A stretch of 64,000 nucleotides of DNA from Candidatus Bathyarchaeia archaeon (GTDB lineage: Archaea; Thermoproteota; Bathyarchaeia; Bathyarchaeales; Bathycorpusculaceae): the NCBI GenBank assembly GCA_038727135.1, contig JAVYWL010000001.1, positions 64,001-128,000 on the forward strand, given 5' to 3'. Each line of letters opens with the position of its first letter. Positions within the stretch are counted from its first letter, which is position 1. This document shows positions 1-9,518 of the stretch, piece by piece. The notes beneath the pieces were generated by a model. The model was not told where the DNA came from. It did no database searches and saw only the letters and a list, made by a program, of their open reading frames with translations. The position numbers and the translations under genes were made by a program.

Positions 1-1159
1 TTATGCTGGCGCCATAGTGCTTAGTCCCAAGCCCGGCTTGCATGAGAACATCGCCGTTTTAGACTTTGCAGCTATGTACCCAAACATTATGATAGCCTAC
101 AATCTTTCACCAGATACTTATGTAGCTCCTAAAGAGCCGATTCCACCATGCGGCGTTTATGAAGCGCCAGAAGTCAAGCATAGATTTAGAAAGGAGCCTC
201 CGGGCTTTTACAAGGAGGTTCTGTCGCACCTGATAAGTGTTAGGAATGAAGTTCGTTCAAAGATGAAGAAGTGCGCCCCAGACAGCGTTGAATACCGCGT
301 TTTGGATGCTAGACAAAAGGCGATTAAGGTTATTACAAATGCTTCCTATGGTTATGCAGGCTGGATTGGCGCAAGATGGTATATTAAGCCAGTCGCTGAA
401 GCTGCCACTGCTTGGGGCAGACACACAATCTTAAGCGCTATTAGGATGGCTGAGGAGGAAGGCTTAACGGTTGTTTACGGCGACACTGACAGCATCTTCA
501 TAAAGTATGAGCCGGAAAAAGTTGAGCAGCTTGCCGCAAAAATTTATGAGAAGCTCGGCTTGGAAATCAAGCCTGACAAGATTTATACGCGCATATTCTT
601 TACTGAAGCAAAGAAGCGCTATGCTGGGCTTCTTCCAGATGGACGGCTTGACATTGTTGGTTTGGAGGTTATTCGTGGCGACTGGGCTGTTGTAGCAAAA
701 AAGGTTCAGGAAAAAGTTTTGGAGATAATTTTGAAGGAGCAGTCGCCGCAGAAAGCTGCGAGATTCACCCAACAGTTCATTTATGAGTTAAGGCAGAGGC
801 GTGTTCCATACCGCGACCTAATTATTTGGAAGACTTTGACGAAGCCAGTTGAGGAATACGCTGTTAAGACGCCTCATGTTGAGGCAGCCAGAATGTTGAT
901 GGAGAAGGGTTGGAAGCTTGCCATGGGCGACAAAGTTGGCTATGTTGTGGTTGCTGGAACTGGGCGCCTATATGAGAGGGTTAAGCCCTACATGTTCGCT
1001 TCTTACGACGAAGTGGACATAGAATATTACGTGACAAATCAGGTTGTGCCGGCAGCCGCCAGAGTCCTCGAGTGCTTTGGCATAACCGAGGAGCAGTTGT
1101 TAACGGCTAAGGCCAGCGATAAGGAAAGGGAGACCAGGAGGCTTACAGACTTTTTCTAG
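1..1159 (+). CDS. polB: Family B DNA polymerase, C-terminal part (5' truncated by window)
   Basis: Motifs DFAAMYPNI, KVITNASYGY, YGDTDS, KKRYA. Confidence 0.95.
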   Translation, partial: YAGAIVLSPKPGLHENIAVLDFAAMYPNIMIAYNLSPDTYVAPKEPIPPCGVYEAPEVKHRFRKEPPGFYKEVLSHLISVRNEVRSKMKKCAPDSVEYRVLDARQKAIKVITNASYGYAGWIGARWYIKPVAEAATAWGRHTILSAIRMAEEEGLTVVYGDTDSIFIKYEPEKVEQLAAKIYEKLGLEIKPDKIYTRIFFTEAKKRYAGLLPDGRLDIVGLEVIRGDWAVVAKKVQEKVLEIILKEQSPQKAARFTQQFIYELRQRRVPYRDLIIWKTLTKPVEEYAVKTPHVEAARMLMEKGWKLAMGDKVGYVVVAGTGRLYERVKPYMFASYDEVDIEYYVTNQVVPAAARVLECFGITEEQLLTAKASDKERETRRLTDFF

Positions 1160-1160
1160 G

Positions 1161-2315
1161 TTAGCTTTCGGATATTTCGGAGAAAGTTATAAGCTGCACG
1201 TTTAGTGGCGGCTTTACGGCTTCTGAAATGCGGGAAGCCACTATGTTTTTTATGTTTTTCTCGCTGGCTATGTCCACTATTCTCTGGGTTATTATGCCGT
1301 CAAATACAACGGTATCTACGCCGCTGGTTTGTTGGAGTTTTTCTGCCAGTTGGCTTACTGGAAGCCTTTCTATGGGTTCTAGTTTCTCGTTTAGGAGAAC
1401 CGCCTCAAATGTGCCGTCCAGTTCCTTGGCTATCTGAACAACCTCTTTTGGAAGCTCCACTCGGCGTTTTTCCCGTTTTGGCGGCTTGAAAAGCTCCTCC
1501 ACGGGGACTTTGGCTTCTAAAGCCTCGAAGATTTCCTTGCAGTTCAGTTCCTCAACCTCTTTTCCTCTTGGGGCTCTAGCCACATATTTTATGTTGGTAA
1601 CTTGTAGCAGCTCTTTTAGGATTAGGTCTCCGCCCCTGTCTCCGTCAAGGAAGGCTGTTGCCTCCTTTTCTCTGCATAGCTTCTTTATTGTTTCTGGAAC
1701 TTTGGCGCCTTCAAGGGCTATAACATTGTGGATTCCGCAGCGCAGCAAGTTTATTACGTCGGCTCTTCCTTCAACGAGGATTATTTCCTTTGCACTGTCG
1801 ACTTCTGGTCCTGCTGAAAGCTCCTCTGGACCGTATTTTTCAACTTTCGCCACCTTTAGGGTTTCAGCCAGTTCCTTAAAAACCTCGTCCACGGTTGGCA
1901 TCGACTCAATAGTCCATTTGTGGAGAATTTCTTTAGCCCTTTCAATTATGGCTTTTCGCCTTGTTTCCCTTACATCCTCAATTTTTTCAAGGGTTACCTT
2001 CGCGGCACATGGCCCAACACGGTTTATGCTTTCTATGCTGGCTGCTAGAAGGGCTGTGGAAACGCGGTCTAGGCTCGTGGGAATTGTAATAGTCCCGGTT
2101 GTTTTATCATTTTTTGAGTGAAGTTCTATTTCTATTCTGCCTATTCTCCCAGATTTTTGGAGTTCCCTTAGGTCTAGTTCTGGTCCGAAGAGGCCTTCTG
2201 TTTGTCCGAAAACCGCTCCTATAACGTCTGGCTTTTCAACTACGCCTTCTATTTCGAATTTTGCCCGTATTACATACTTTACTGTAAGGGTTTGTGATGA
2301 ACCCGTAAGCGTCAC
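1161..2315 (-). CDS. dnaG: Archaeal DnaG-type primase / exosome-associated protein
   Basis: GVVEKPDVIGAVFGQTEGL N-terminus; TOPRIM motifs VEGRADV and DGDRGG. Start uncertain (GTG 2315 or ACG 2306). Confidence 0.93.
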   Translation of the reverse strand: MTLTGSSQTLTVKYVIRAKFEIEGVVEKPDVIGAVFGQTEGLFGPELDLRELQKSGRIGRIEIELHSKNDKTTGTITIPTSLDRVSTALLAASIESINRVGPCAAKVTLEKIEDVRETRRKAIIERAKEILHKWTIESMPTVDEVFKELAETLKVAKVEKYGPEELSAGPEVDSAKEIILVEGRADVINLLRCGIHNVIALEGAKVPETIKKLCREKEATAFLDGDRGGDLILKELLQVTNIKYVARAPRGKEVEELNCKEIFEALEAKVPVEELFKPPKREKRRVELPKEVVQIAKELDGTFEAVLLNEKLEPIERLPVSQLAEKLQQTSGVDTVVFDGIITQRIVDIASEKNIKNIVASRISEAVKPPLNVQLITFSEISES

Positions 2316-2425
2316 CTCCTTTATGCATATAGTTTATACCTTGTGTTAGTTTGAATGTGTGATGAGAGAATTGTCCTCTCTCAACACCGAGATTAGTTAA
2401 TAATGACTTTCGATATATATTACCT

Positions 2426-2842
2426 TTATGAATCACCAATCTTGCTTTTTAATGTTTTCATGTATTTGGCCAAGCCTTCCACGTCCTTTACTTCCTTACC
2501 AGTTAGGCTGGAGAGCCTCAGCCAATAGTACAAGTTAGCCTTAACGCCCATCTTTTCTATATGCTGTTTTATGTTTTCTGTTAGTTCTCTGCCTCTTCTG
2601 TCAAAGTCTAGGAGCATTATGACTTCCCCTGTTTTTGAGGCTTCTATTTCTGAAATAACATTTAAGAGATTTTTTCCGCCAGTTTTTGCGAATATCATTT
2701 GTCCGTGTATGCCTAGCTCTTTCAGGGCTTCCGCGTCCTTTCTTCCCTCGACAAGGATTGGCTTCCCGCTTTTGTTTTCTTCGGCTAGCTGCTCCAGAAT
2801 TTGTAGGATTTGTTCTTCCTTCTCCTTTAGGTGTGTGGACAA
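2426..2842 (-). CDS. Small stand-alone TOPRIM domain protein
   Basis: ILVEGRKD and LLDFDRRG motifs. Confidence 0.85.
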   Translation of the reverse strand: MSTHLKEKEEQILQILEQLAEENKSGKPILVEGRKDAEALKELGIHGQMIFAKTGGKNLLNVISEIEASKTGEVIMLLDFDRRGRELTENIKQHIEKMGVKANLYYWLRLSSLTGKEVKDVEGLAKYMKTLKSKIGDS

Positions 2843-2848
2843 GCCTTT

Positions 2849-3925
2849 TTACCTTGTTACTTCAGCCTTTCTCACAACTTCTAGGCTTTCTCTAGCCTCT
2901 TTGTCTGTTTCGAAGTAGCGTCTTATGGGTTCCAATATACGGGCTAGTTCTTTGGCTACTGCATTTTTCAAGTCCTGCGGGTGAAGTTGCCCGGTTCTGT
3001 AGGCTTTTTCTAATTGTTCGTAGTTTTCGAAGGTTATTGTGCCGCCATATTTTGATGGGCGTTCGACCGTGAAGGCTTTTGCTTCATGGAATATTACGTA
3101 TTTGACTATTTCTAGGACTGGGTTCATTTCCGTCTGCTTTTCCGGGCACCATGCCCTCTTCAGTTTAGCTCTTATCTGTTCTTCGTTGTCGTGGATGAAT
3201 ATGGCTGTCCAGGGCTTGGACTTGCTCATTTTGCTGGCAATCACCTGCTCCAGCTTATCCTTTGTTTCGAGTTTGGCTGGCTCTGCTATACCCATGAGCA
3301 GGTGGTGGTGCAAAGCCACCGGCTTTTTCCACCCCATTTTTGGAAAGATTTCGCGGGCAAGCACGTGGGCTTTGCGTTGATCCATCCCGCCGTGGGGTAT
3401 GTCTGCGCCTATGGTTTTTATGTCGACGGCCTGCATTGGCGGATAGAAATACTGCGACAAGTCTAGCCTTTCGGTTTCGCTTCGACCCATTATTGTTAGG
3501 CAGCGAAGTGTTCGGCTTAGTGTCATGTGCTTTGCAAACTTTAGCAGGTTTCGCCAATACTCATCATTATTGTGGTAGAGTTCTGAGCCGACGACAATTT
3601 TTACGCCTGGGCAGAAGAATTGGAAGGCTTTAGCGTAGTATTTTGTGGCTTGGAGGATTTTGTCCCAGTCTCCGCCGAACTTGTTGTTTATGAAACTGTG
3701 CCAATCCGCCAGATAGACTTGACACCGGACGCCAGCCTTCAATAAATCGTTTATTTTGAAGCCTGAAATTACAAGGTTTCCAAGATGCAGCAAACCCGAA
3801 ATCTCAAAACCAATGTAGTGTCCAGGATGCTCATTTGTCTCTAAAAGTTCTCTTAACTCGCTTTCAACGAGAATTTCCTCTGTTGGCGGACGTTTAATGA
3901 GTTCTATTTTTGTTTCTATGTCCAA
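2849..3925 (-). CDS. tyrS: Tyrosine--tRNA ligase
   Basis: YIGFEISG, HLGN (HIGH), YPPMQAVD, GGMDQRK, KMSKS. TTG 3925 preferred because a BRE/TATA-like element lies at ~3963-3976. Confidence 0.93.
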   Translation of the reverse strand: MDIETKIELIKRPPTEEILVESELRELLETNEHPGHYIGFEISGLLHLGNLVISGFKINDLLKAGVRCQVYLADWHSFINNKFGGDWDKILQATKYYAKAFQFFCPGVKIVVGSELYHNNDEYWRNLLKFAKHMTLSRTLRCLTIMGRSETERLDLSQYFYPPMQAVDIKTIGADIPHGGMDQRKAHVLAREIFPKMGWKKPVALHHHLLMGIAEPAKLETKDKLEQVIASKMSKSKPWTAIFIHDNEEQIRAKLKRAWCPEKQTEMNPVLEIVKYVIFHEAKAFTVERPSKYGGTITFENYEQLEKAYRTGQLHPQDLKNAVAKELARILEPIRRYFETDKEARESLEVVRKAEVTR

Positions 3926-3975
3926 GACTGTCAAGCCTTTTACAAATAAGCGGAACTGCAACTTAAAAGTTGTTT

Positions 3976-4240
3976 CGCGGGCGCTTTTGTTTCCCACGTT
4001 ACCTATCACTTAACTTCATCGTGGAGCCTTTCGCTCCCCTTGGTTAAGCTCTCTCCGGCGTGGGAATTTTGGAGCGCCCGCGCCCGCCGGTGTCCCATGC
4101 TTGGGTAAACCCGCCTTCACAGCAACAAGCGTTTTGTGGGCTTGCTGCTCTGTTGGGTCCGTCGGCATGGATTTATCCCGGCGGGATTTCAAGAAGGCTC
4201 GCTTGGGAGAGTGTTCATCGCCAAAGGAGGTTAAAGCCTC
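3976..4240 (-). ncRNA. Candidate structured non-coding RNA of unknown family (~265 nt)
   Basis: GC-rich intergenic block with several 6-10 bp helices; mismatches resolve as G-U on the minus strand; TATA-like TTTTAAA at 4262-4268 upstream. Confidence 0.6.
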
Positions 4241-4366
4241 TTTTAGAATTAAATGTTGCTGTTTAAAAGCGAGTCATATTTGTTGATGTTTTTAAGTTAC
4301 AAATACACCGCCCCTCTCTAGTTTTTGGCGATTGCGGTTAACCTTTTATGGTTGATTAGCCGTTAA

Positions 4367-4744
4367 TTGCATGTGTGTCGTAGGGTAGGTTGCGTTAGGG
4401 TTCGAGGTTTTATTGCTAACCCGTTAGACCGCAATTTGAAGGAGGAGTTGGAGTTTATTGTGGACACAGGCGCTATTTACACGGTTATTCCGAGAAGTGT
4501 TGCTGAAAAGCTTAAGTTGAAAGAGTTGGGTAGGCGAAAATTTAAGACCGCGAATGGAAGCATCGTAGAGTTTCCAGTTTCAGAGGCGTACATAACAATA
4601 GGTGGGGAAGGCGTAACATCACTTGTTGCCGTTGCGGATGAGGGCACACCCACCCTTTTGGGCGTGACAACCCTTGAACTTTTAGGGTTGCAGGTTGACC
4701 CGGTAAGCGGAAAACTTGTGCCGATGGAGCTAATGATTCTTTAA
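4367..4744 (+). CDS. Clan AA (retropepsin-like) aspartyl protease
   Basis: FIVDTGAIYT catalytic motif, LLGVTTLE C-terminal motif; start uncertain. Confidence 0.85.
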   Translation: MHVCRRVGCVRVRGFIANPLDRNLKEELEFIVDTGAIYTVIPRSVAEKLKLKELGRRKFKTANGSIVEFPVSEAYITIGGEGVTSLVAVADEGTPTLLGVTTLELLGLQVDPVSGKLVPMELMIL

Positions 4745-4926
4745 GCCGTAAGCTTTTGAAATTTTGGCTGGGTTTTAGGCTTATTTTCTCTACCCCCCTT
4801 CCCTCTAGAATTTTCGCGATGTCAATTTTGTTGCTGGCGGAGAACTGCAAAATTGATAGCCCCTCTATAGAATTTCCTGGGCATTAAAAAATGACTGCTG
4901 GAGCCAATTTAGGTTGTGGGTGGTTG

Positions 4927-6612
4927 CTAAATTGGATACCCCTCTCTAGATTTTTTGGTTATAAGCCATTCGATGTCTATTTCTAGGGCTGCTGTTGGGT
5001 TTTCCAGTTCAAAGTTGTTTAGGACTTGTGGGTGGACTTCGCCTAGAACCCCAATTTGTTTATTTCCTATTTTGATGGCTGCGGTCCTGCCTTGCAAGAA
5101 GCTTGGATGTTTCGTCTCTTTTATTTGCCAGTTTGTTAAGCCTAAGTTGGCAAGGAGTGCTTCGCATGTGGATTTTATTTCTGTGTAGTTGGCTGTTGAG
5201 TGGCATGTTACCGCTGCCAAGTGTAAGCGTCTTTCACACATGGTTTCTTGGCGGCGGTTTATTTTTGCCACGTCTGAAACTTCAAAAAGCTTTTGCGGAT
5301 AGCTTTCATGCTTGTTTTCCGCCAGGTTCTTCAAAAGTCCTGGTAAGAGCATCTCCCTCATTATTGTGTATTCGGCTGACACTGGGTTTGCGAGGCGCAC
5401 CGGGTTTTCTGGTTTAAGTCTCATAAGCTCGTAGTGGACGCGTTCATTTGTTAGGGTGAAGTTCATAACTTCCAAGAAGCCTAAACCGGTCATTATTTGG
5501 CGTACGGTGTCTGCCAACTTATTTACTGGGTGCTTTTCGCCAACAGTCACGGTGGGGGGTATTGTTGGTTCTAGGCGGTAGTAGCCGTAGCCTATGGCGA
5601 CCTCCTCGACGAGGTCTATTTCATGCATTATGTCAATGCGGTAGGGTGGAATGGCAACTTCCAAAACGCCCTTTTCAATGGTTTCCGCGTCCAATCGACA
5701 CTTTTGCAGGCATTTTATGGCTTCAGCCTCTGAAAGTCTTAAGCCCAACATTCGGTTGGCGTAGCTCAGCCTAAGCCTCATCTTTTCTGGTTCAAGATTC
5801 GGCGAAACCACCGTGCGGTCTGGATAATGCACAATAACCTTTTCAAGTTTGCCGCCCATGTCGGCTAGGGCGGTCGCCAAAACTTTTAGGCCTTTCTCCA
5901 CAGCCTCAAAATTTGGTCCAGTAACATCCAAAAAGAGATTGCGTGTATTGGCGTCTACTCTTGTAAGTTCACCGTTTATTATTGGCGGCATTGACAAAAC
6001 TTGCCCGTGCCTATCGATTAGCAGTGGATATTTTGGCGACCAGTCGATTAGGTGGCGGTAAGCCACGCCCTTCTCATGTTTTTCAAGAATCTCTTTGGGT
6101 GTCATCTCCTCTGTTTTGCCAAGGGGGACAAATTTGACGCTTGTTGGTTCCACAGCGGTATAGATGAAGGGCGGCTCAACAACGTCCAAGTTGTGGATGC
6201 CGATAGAAGCCTTTTTACGGTCTCTGCCAACCCCCCAGTGGAGGTCTTCCTGCATATCCATTAGCTCAACAACAGCGCCTTCATCCAGCTTTACATCTCG
6301 AACTATGGCGGCAAGCATGTATGGCCTAACAGTGGCAACGGCGCCGTCCACTCTAAGTGTTGTTTTGGGCTCTTCCGCATGGTATTTTGGCATTCCAGTC
6401 TCCAGTTCCAAGAAGCCTTTTAATGCGCGGGCCACACCAGCATAGCTGCAGAAGTCTATGCGGTTTGGGTTATACTCAGCCTTTACATGGTCTTCGCCAA
6501 TTTCTTCCAAGTCGAAGCCTATCCATGGAAGCCACTTTGTCAGGTCTTCAACGGTCACGGGCTTGCCTAAAAACCTTGAAAAACGTTCCACATTAAGCGT
6601 TATCACTGGCAT
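4927..6612 (-). CDS. pheT: Phenylalanine--tRNA ligase beta subunit
   Basis: NPNRID, QEDLH..GRDRKKASIGIH, PPYRIDIMHEIDLVEEVAIGYG; overlaps the end of pheS. Confidence 0.95.
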   Translation of the reverse strand: MPVITLNVERFSRFLGKPVTVEDLTKWLPWIGFDLEEIGEDHVKAEYNPNRIDFCSYAGVARALKGFLELETGMPKYHAEEPKTTLRVDGAVATVRPYMLAAIVRDVKLDEGAVVELMDMQEDLHWGVGRDRKKASIGIHNLDVVEPPFIYTAVEPTSVKFVPLGKTEEMTPKEILEKHEKGVAYRHLIDWSPKYPLLIDRHGQVLSMPPIINGELTRVDANTRNLFLDVTGPNFEAVEKGLKVLATALADMGGKLEKVIVHYPDRTVVSPNLEPEKMRLRLSYANRMLGLRLSEAEAIKCLQKCRLDAETIEKGVLEVAIPPYRIDIMHEIDLVEEVAIGYGYYRLEPTIPPTVTVGEKHPVNKLADTVRQIMTGLGFLEVMNFTLTNERVHYELMRLKPENPVRLANPVSAEYTIMREMLLPGLLKNLAENKHESYPQKLFEVSDVAKINRRQETMCERRLHLAAVTCHSTANYTEIKSTCEALLANLGLTNWQIKETKHPSFLQGRTAAIKIGNKQIGVLGEVHPQVLNNFELENPTAALEIDIEWLITKKSREGYPI

Positions 6613-8117
6613 AGGGGTGTCCTCCTCAACCATCCCAGATTGTTCGCATACAACAATCTAACATCGTCCAAGCCGAGTTCAATCATGGCGAGGCGTTCCA
6701 GCCCGCCTCCCCAAGCCAAAACCGGACATTTCACGCCCACAGGCGCCAAAACTTCTGGTCGGAAAATTCCCATGCCGCAAAGTTCTATCCAACGCTTAAG
6801 CTTGGGATGGTAAGCCACAGCTTGAGCTGAAGGCTCCGTATAAGGGAAGTAGCTTGGCCAAAACTCTATCTTTTCAAGGCCGAATTTTGTGTAGAAGGTT
6901 TTTAGGGTTCCCATTAAATCGCGGAGTGTAACCCTCTTGTCGACAACTATGCCCTCAATCTGGTGGAATTCGGCTAAGTGCTTGTAGGTGACCTGCTCGT
7001 TCCTGTAAACTCTGTCCACGGAGAAAACTTTTATTGGTGGCTTTTTGCGTGTAGCCAAATACTTTATTGTTTCGGCTGTTGTGTGGGTTCGCAGAACAAG
7101 CCTCTTGGCTTCTTCTGGATTCCACTTGTAACGCCAACCCTTAGAGCCGGTAACCCAACCGTCTTCATGGGTTTTTGCAACAGCCTCCACAAGCCTTCGG
7201 GATGGCAACCGTCCCGTCTGCGGATTAGCCAAATAAAAAGTGTCCATCATTTCGCGGGCTGGATGGTCTTGAGGTTGAAACAAGGCGTCAAAGTTCCAGA
7301 AGGCCGTCTCCACCAGTGGGCCACGAATTTCCGTGAAGCCCATCTCCAAAAAGATTTCGCGGGCGCGCTTGATAATCTGCTGAAGCGGGTGCATCTTGCC
7401 AGGATAAACGGCTGGTCCAGGAGCCGCCACATCGAACCTTGTGAGTTTCACGCTTTTCCAACGCCCAGTTATTATGAGTTCTGGGGTTAGCTGTGTCACT
7501 TCCTCAACTATTTCTAAGCCTTTTTTGACGGTCTTCCATCCTTCCGCTGTTAGCTCCAGTTCGCGGTAAGTTTTCTCCTCTAAATCCACAAGCTTGCGCC
7601 TTCGGATAATGTCTAAGGCTTCTTTCTGCTCTCTGCTTAAACCCTCAACGGTGATGGAGCGCTTCTCGAAAATTGTGGCTAAAAGCTTCTCATCACCCCC
7701 AAGCGGCGGTTCGGCTTCCACATTTAACTCACATTTTTCGCCCTTAATTGTTCCCCAGCCCTTTCTCTTCAGCCAGCCCAAAGCTATCGGTACAAGACCA
7801 GCATCTAAACCAGCCTCTCTGGCAGCCTCATCTACACCTGCCTCGCCGCCAAGCCTCAACAAAGCGCGGAGAAGACGCCGCTCTGGCAAGCCGTACTGCA
7901 CATAGCCCTCGCCTTCCTCATTTAACGTGGCGACATTCCATTTCCTCTCATGAACTTTTACAAGGTTACGCGCTGAAAGGGTTAAGGCAGCCCTCATAAC
8001 AGCGGCGTGTGCCAAGCCGCTTTTTTCGGCTATGTCTTCCACAGAGGCTTTTCCGCCAAGCTCCTGCAGTGCCATTAAGGTTTTTCTTTCATGAAGCCGC
8101 AAACCAACCATCTTCAA
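6603..8117 (-). CDS. pheS: Phenylalanine--tRNA ligase alpha subunit
   Basis: FWNFDALFQPQDHPAREMMDTF, LRTHTT, YFPYTEPS, GLERL. Confidence 0.96.
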   Translation of the reverse strand: MKMVGLRLHERKTLMALQELGGKASVEDIAEKSGLAHAAVMRAALTLSARNLVKVHERKWNVATLNEEGEGYVQYGLPERRLLRALLRLGGEAGVDEAAREAGLDAGLVPIALGWLKRKGWGTIKGEKCELNVEAEPPLGGDEKLLATIFEKRSITVEGLSREQKEALDIIRRRKLVDLEEKTYRELELTAEGWKTVKKGLEIVEEVTQLTPELIITGRWKSVKLTRFDVAAPGPAVYPGKMHPLQQIIKRAREIFLEMGFTEIRGPLVETAFWNFDALFQPQDHPAREMMDTFYLANPQTGRLPSRRLVEAVAKTHEDGWVTGSKGWRYKWNPEEAKRLVLRTHTTAETIKYLATRKKPPIKVFSVDRVYRNEQVTYKHLAEFHQIEGIVVDKRVTLRDLMGTLKTFYTKFGLEKIEFWPSYFPYTEPSAQAVAYHPKLKRWIELCGMGIFRPEVLAPVGVKCPVLAWGGGLERLAMIELGLDDVRLLYANNLGWLRRTPLCQ

Positions 8118-8378
8118 ACACCCAGATTATGGTTTAAGCCGTTTAGCGCGCTATGATGCTTACATAAGAGTCTTTGGAGAGTTTTAAAACTATGCCCTTT
8201 AAAAGCGAAAGCAAAGCCGCTTCTCATGTGAATTGGCGGGGCATCCCTTCACCAACAACATTTGAATGGAAATGCCAACCCCATATTTATAGCTTATTCC
8301 GTAGGCGTTTTCACAAAATTTAATACGCCTCATGGGAATTGTATAAGGAAGCCAGAAAAGGTTTGGAAAGTGTAAAGA

Positions 8379-9506
8379 TTGGGCGAAGAAAGAAACGAGA
8401 TGGTTGTCACTCCATGGGAGGTTAGGGGCAAAGTAGACTACGAACGCCTAATCCGCGAGTTTGGAACCCAGCCCCTAACAATGGAGCTAATCCAAAAACT
8501 GGCAAAACACACAGGCGGGCTTCACCTTCAACTGCGGAGGGGCCTCTTCTTTTCGCACCGCGACCTAGATGTTGTCCTAGACCTATACGAGAAGGGAACA
8601 AAATTTGTGCTGTATACTGGTCGGGGCCCCTCTGGCCCGGTTCATTTGGGGCATCTGGTTCCTTGGGTTTTTACAAAGCACTTGCAAGACAGTTTTAAGA
8701 CGAGGCTCTATTTCCAAATGACGGATGACGAAAAATTCTTGGTTAAGGACGAGTTGGAGCTTAAAGAGGCAACAAACTTCGCTTATGAGAACGCTTTAGA
8801 CCTCATAGCCCTGGGCTTCAAGCCAGAAAACACCTTCATAATATATGACGTGCAGGACATAGACTTGCTGTACGATTTAGCCTTGGAGGTTGCCAAACGC
8901 ATAACCTACTCAACAGCCAGAGCCACTTTCGGCTTTCAAGAAAGCACAAACATTGGATGGGTTTTCTGGCCAGCCATCCAGGCGGCCCCATGCTTCATCC
9001 ACGCAAAACTAACAGGCGAAAATGTTCCGGCTCTTATTCCTGCAGCCATAGACCAAGACCCCTATTGGCGGATTACACGTGATGTCGCTCCAAAGCTTGG
9101 CTATTATAAGCCAGCGCAGATTCACTGTCGCCTTCTTCCGGGCTTGGGCGTTGGCGGGAAAATGAGCGCTTCAGAACCCGAAACATGCATATTCACAACA
9201 GACCCGCCGGAAGTTGTAAAGCGTAAGGTTTGGAACGCCTTTACTGGTGGTAAGCCAACCGTGGCGGAGCAGCGGAAAATGGGTGGAGATCCGTCTATAT
9301 GCACGGTTTTTCAGTACTTCCTATTCATTTTTGAGGAAGACGACGATAAGCTTGCCGAGAGGGAGAGAAAATGCAAGGCTGGGGAAATTTTGTGCGGCGA
9401 ATGCAAAAAGGAATTGACGGATAGGATTAACAGTTTTCTTGAAGACCATAGGAAGAAGCGGGAGAAAGCCAGAAACATTTTAGACAAGTTTCACATAAAA
9501 CGCTAG
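8379..9506 (+). CDS. trpS: Tryptophan--tRNA ligase
   Basis: VTPWEV, YTGRGPSGPVHLGH, DQDPYWR, KMSAS. Confidence 0.96.
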   Translation: MGEERNEMVVTPWEVRGKVDYERLIREFGTQPLTMELIQKLAKHTGGLHLQLRRGLFFSHRDLDVVLDLYEKGTKFVLYTGRGPSGPVHLGHLVPWVFTKHLQDSFKTRLYFQMTDDEKFLVKDELELKEATNFAYENALDLIALGFKPENTFIIYDVQDIDLLYDLALEVAKRITYSTARATFGFQESTNIGWVFWPAIQAAPCFIHAKLTGENVPALIPAAIDQDPYWRITRDVAPKLGYYKPAQIHCRLLPGLGVGGKMSASEPETCIFTTDPPEVVKRKVWNAFTGGKPTVAEQRKMGGDPSICTVFQYFLFIFEEDDDKLAERERKCKAGEILCGECKKELTDRINSFLEDHRKKREKARNILDKFHIKR

Positions 9507-9518
9507 AAAGTTGGAGGC

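Noticed and set aside
3976-4240. Assignment as SRP RNA, canonical RNase P RNA, T-box or hammerhead
   Set aside because: Diagnostic cores (helix-8 GGAA/AGCA, GAGGAA with a complete P4, UGGNACC, CUGAUGA..GAAA) were not found; left unassigned
4060-4286. Two short plus-strand ORFs upstream of tyrS
   Set aside because: No recognisable protein features; the region is better explained as structured RNA
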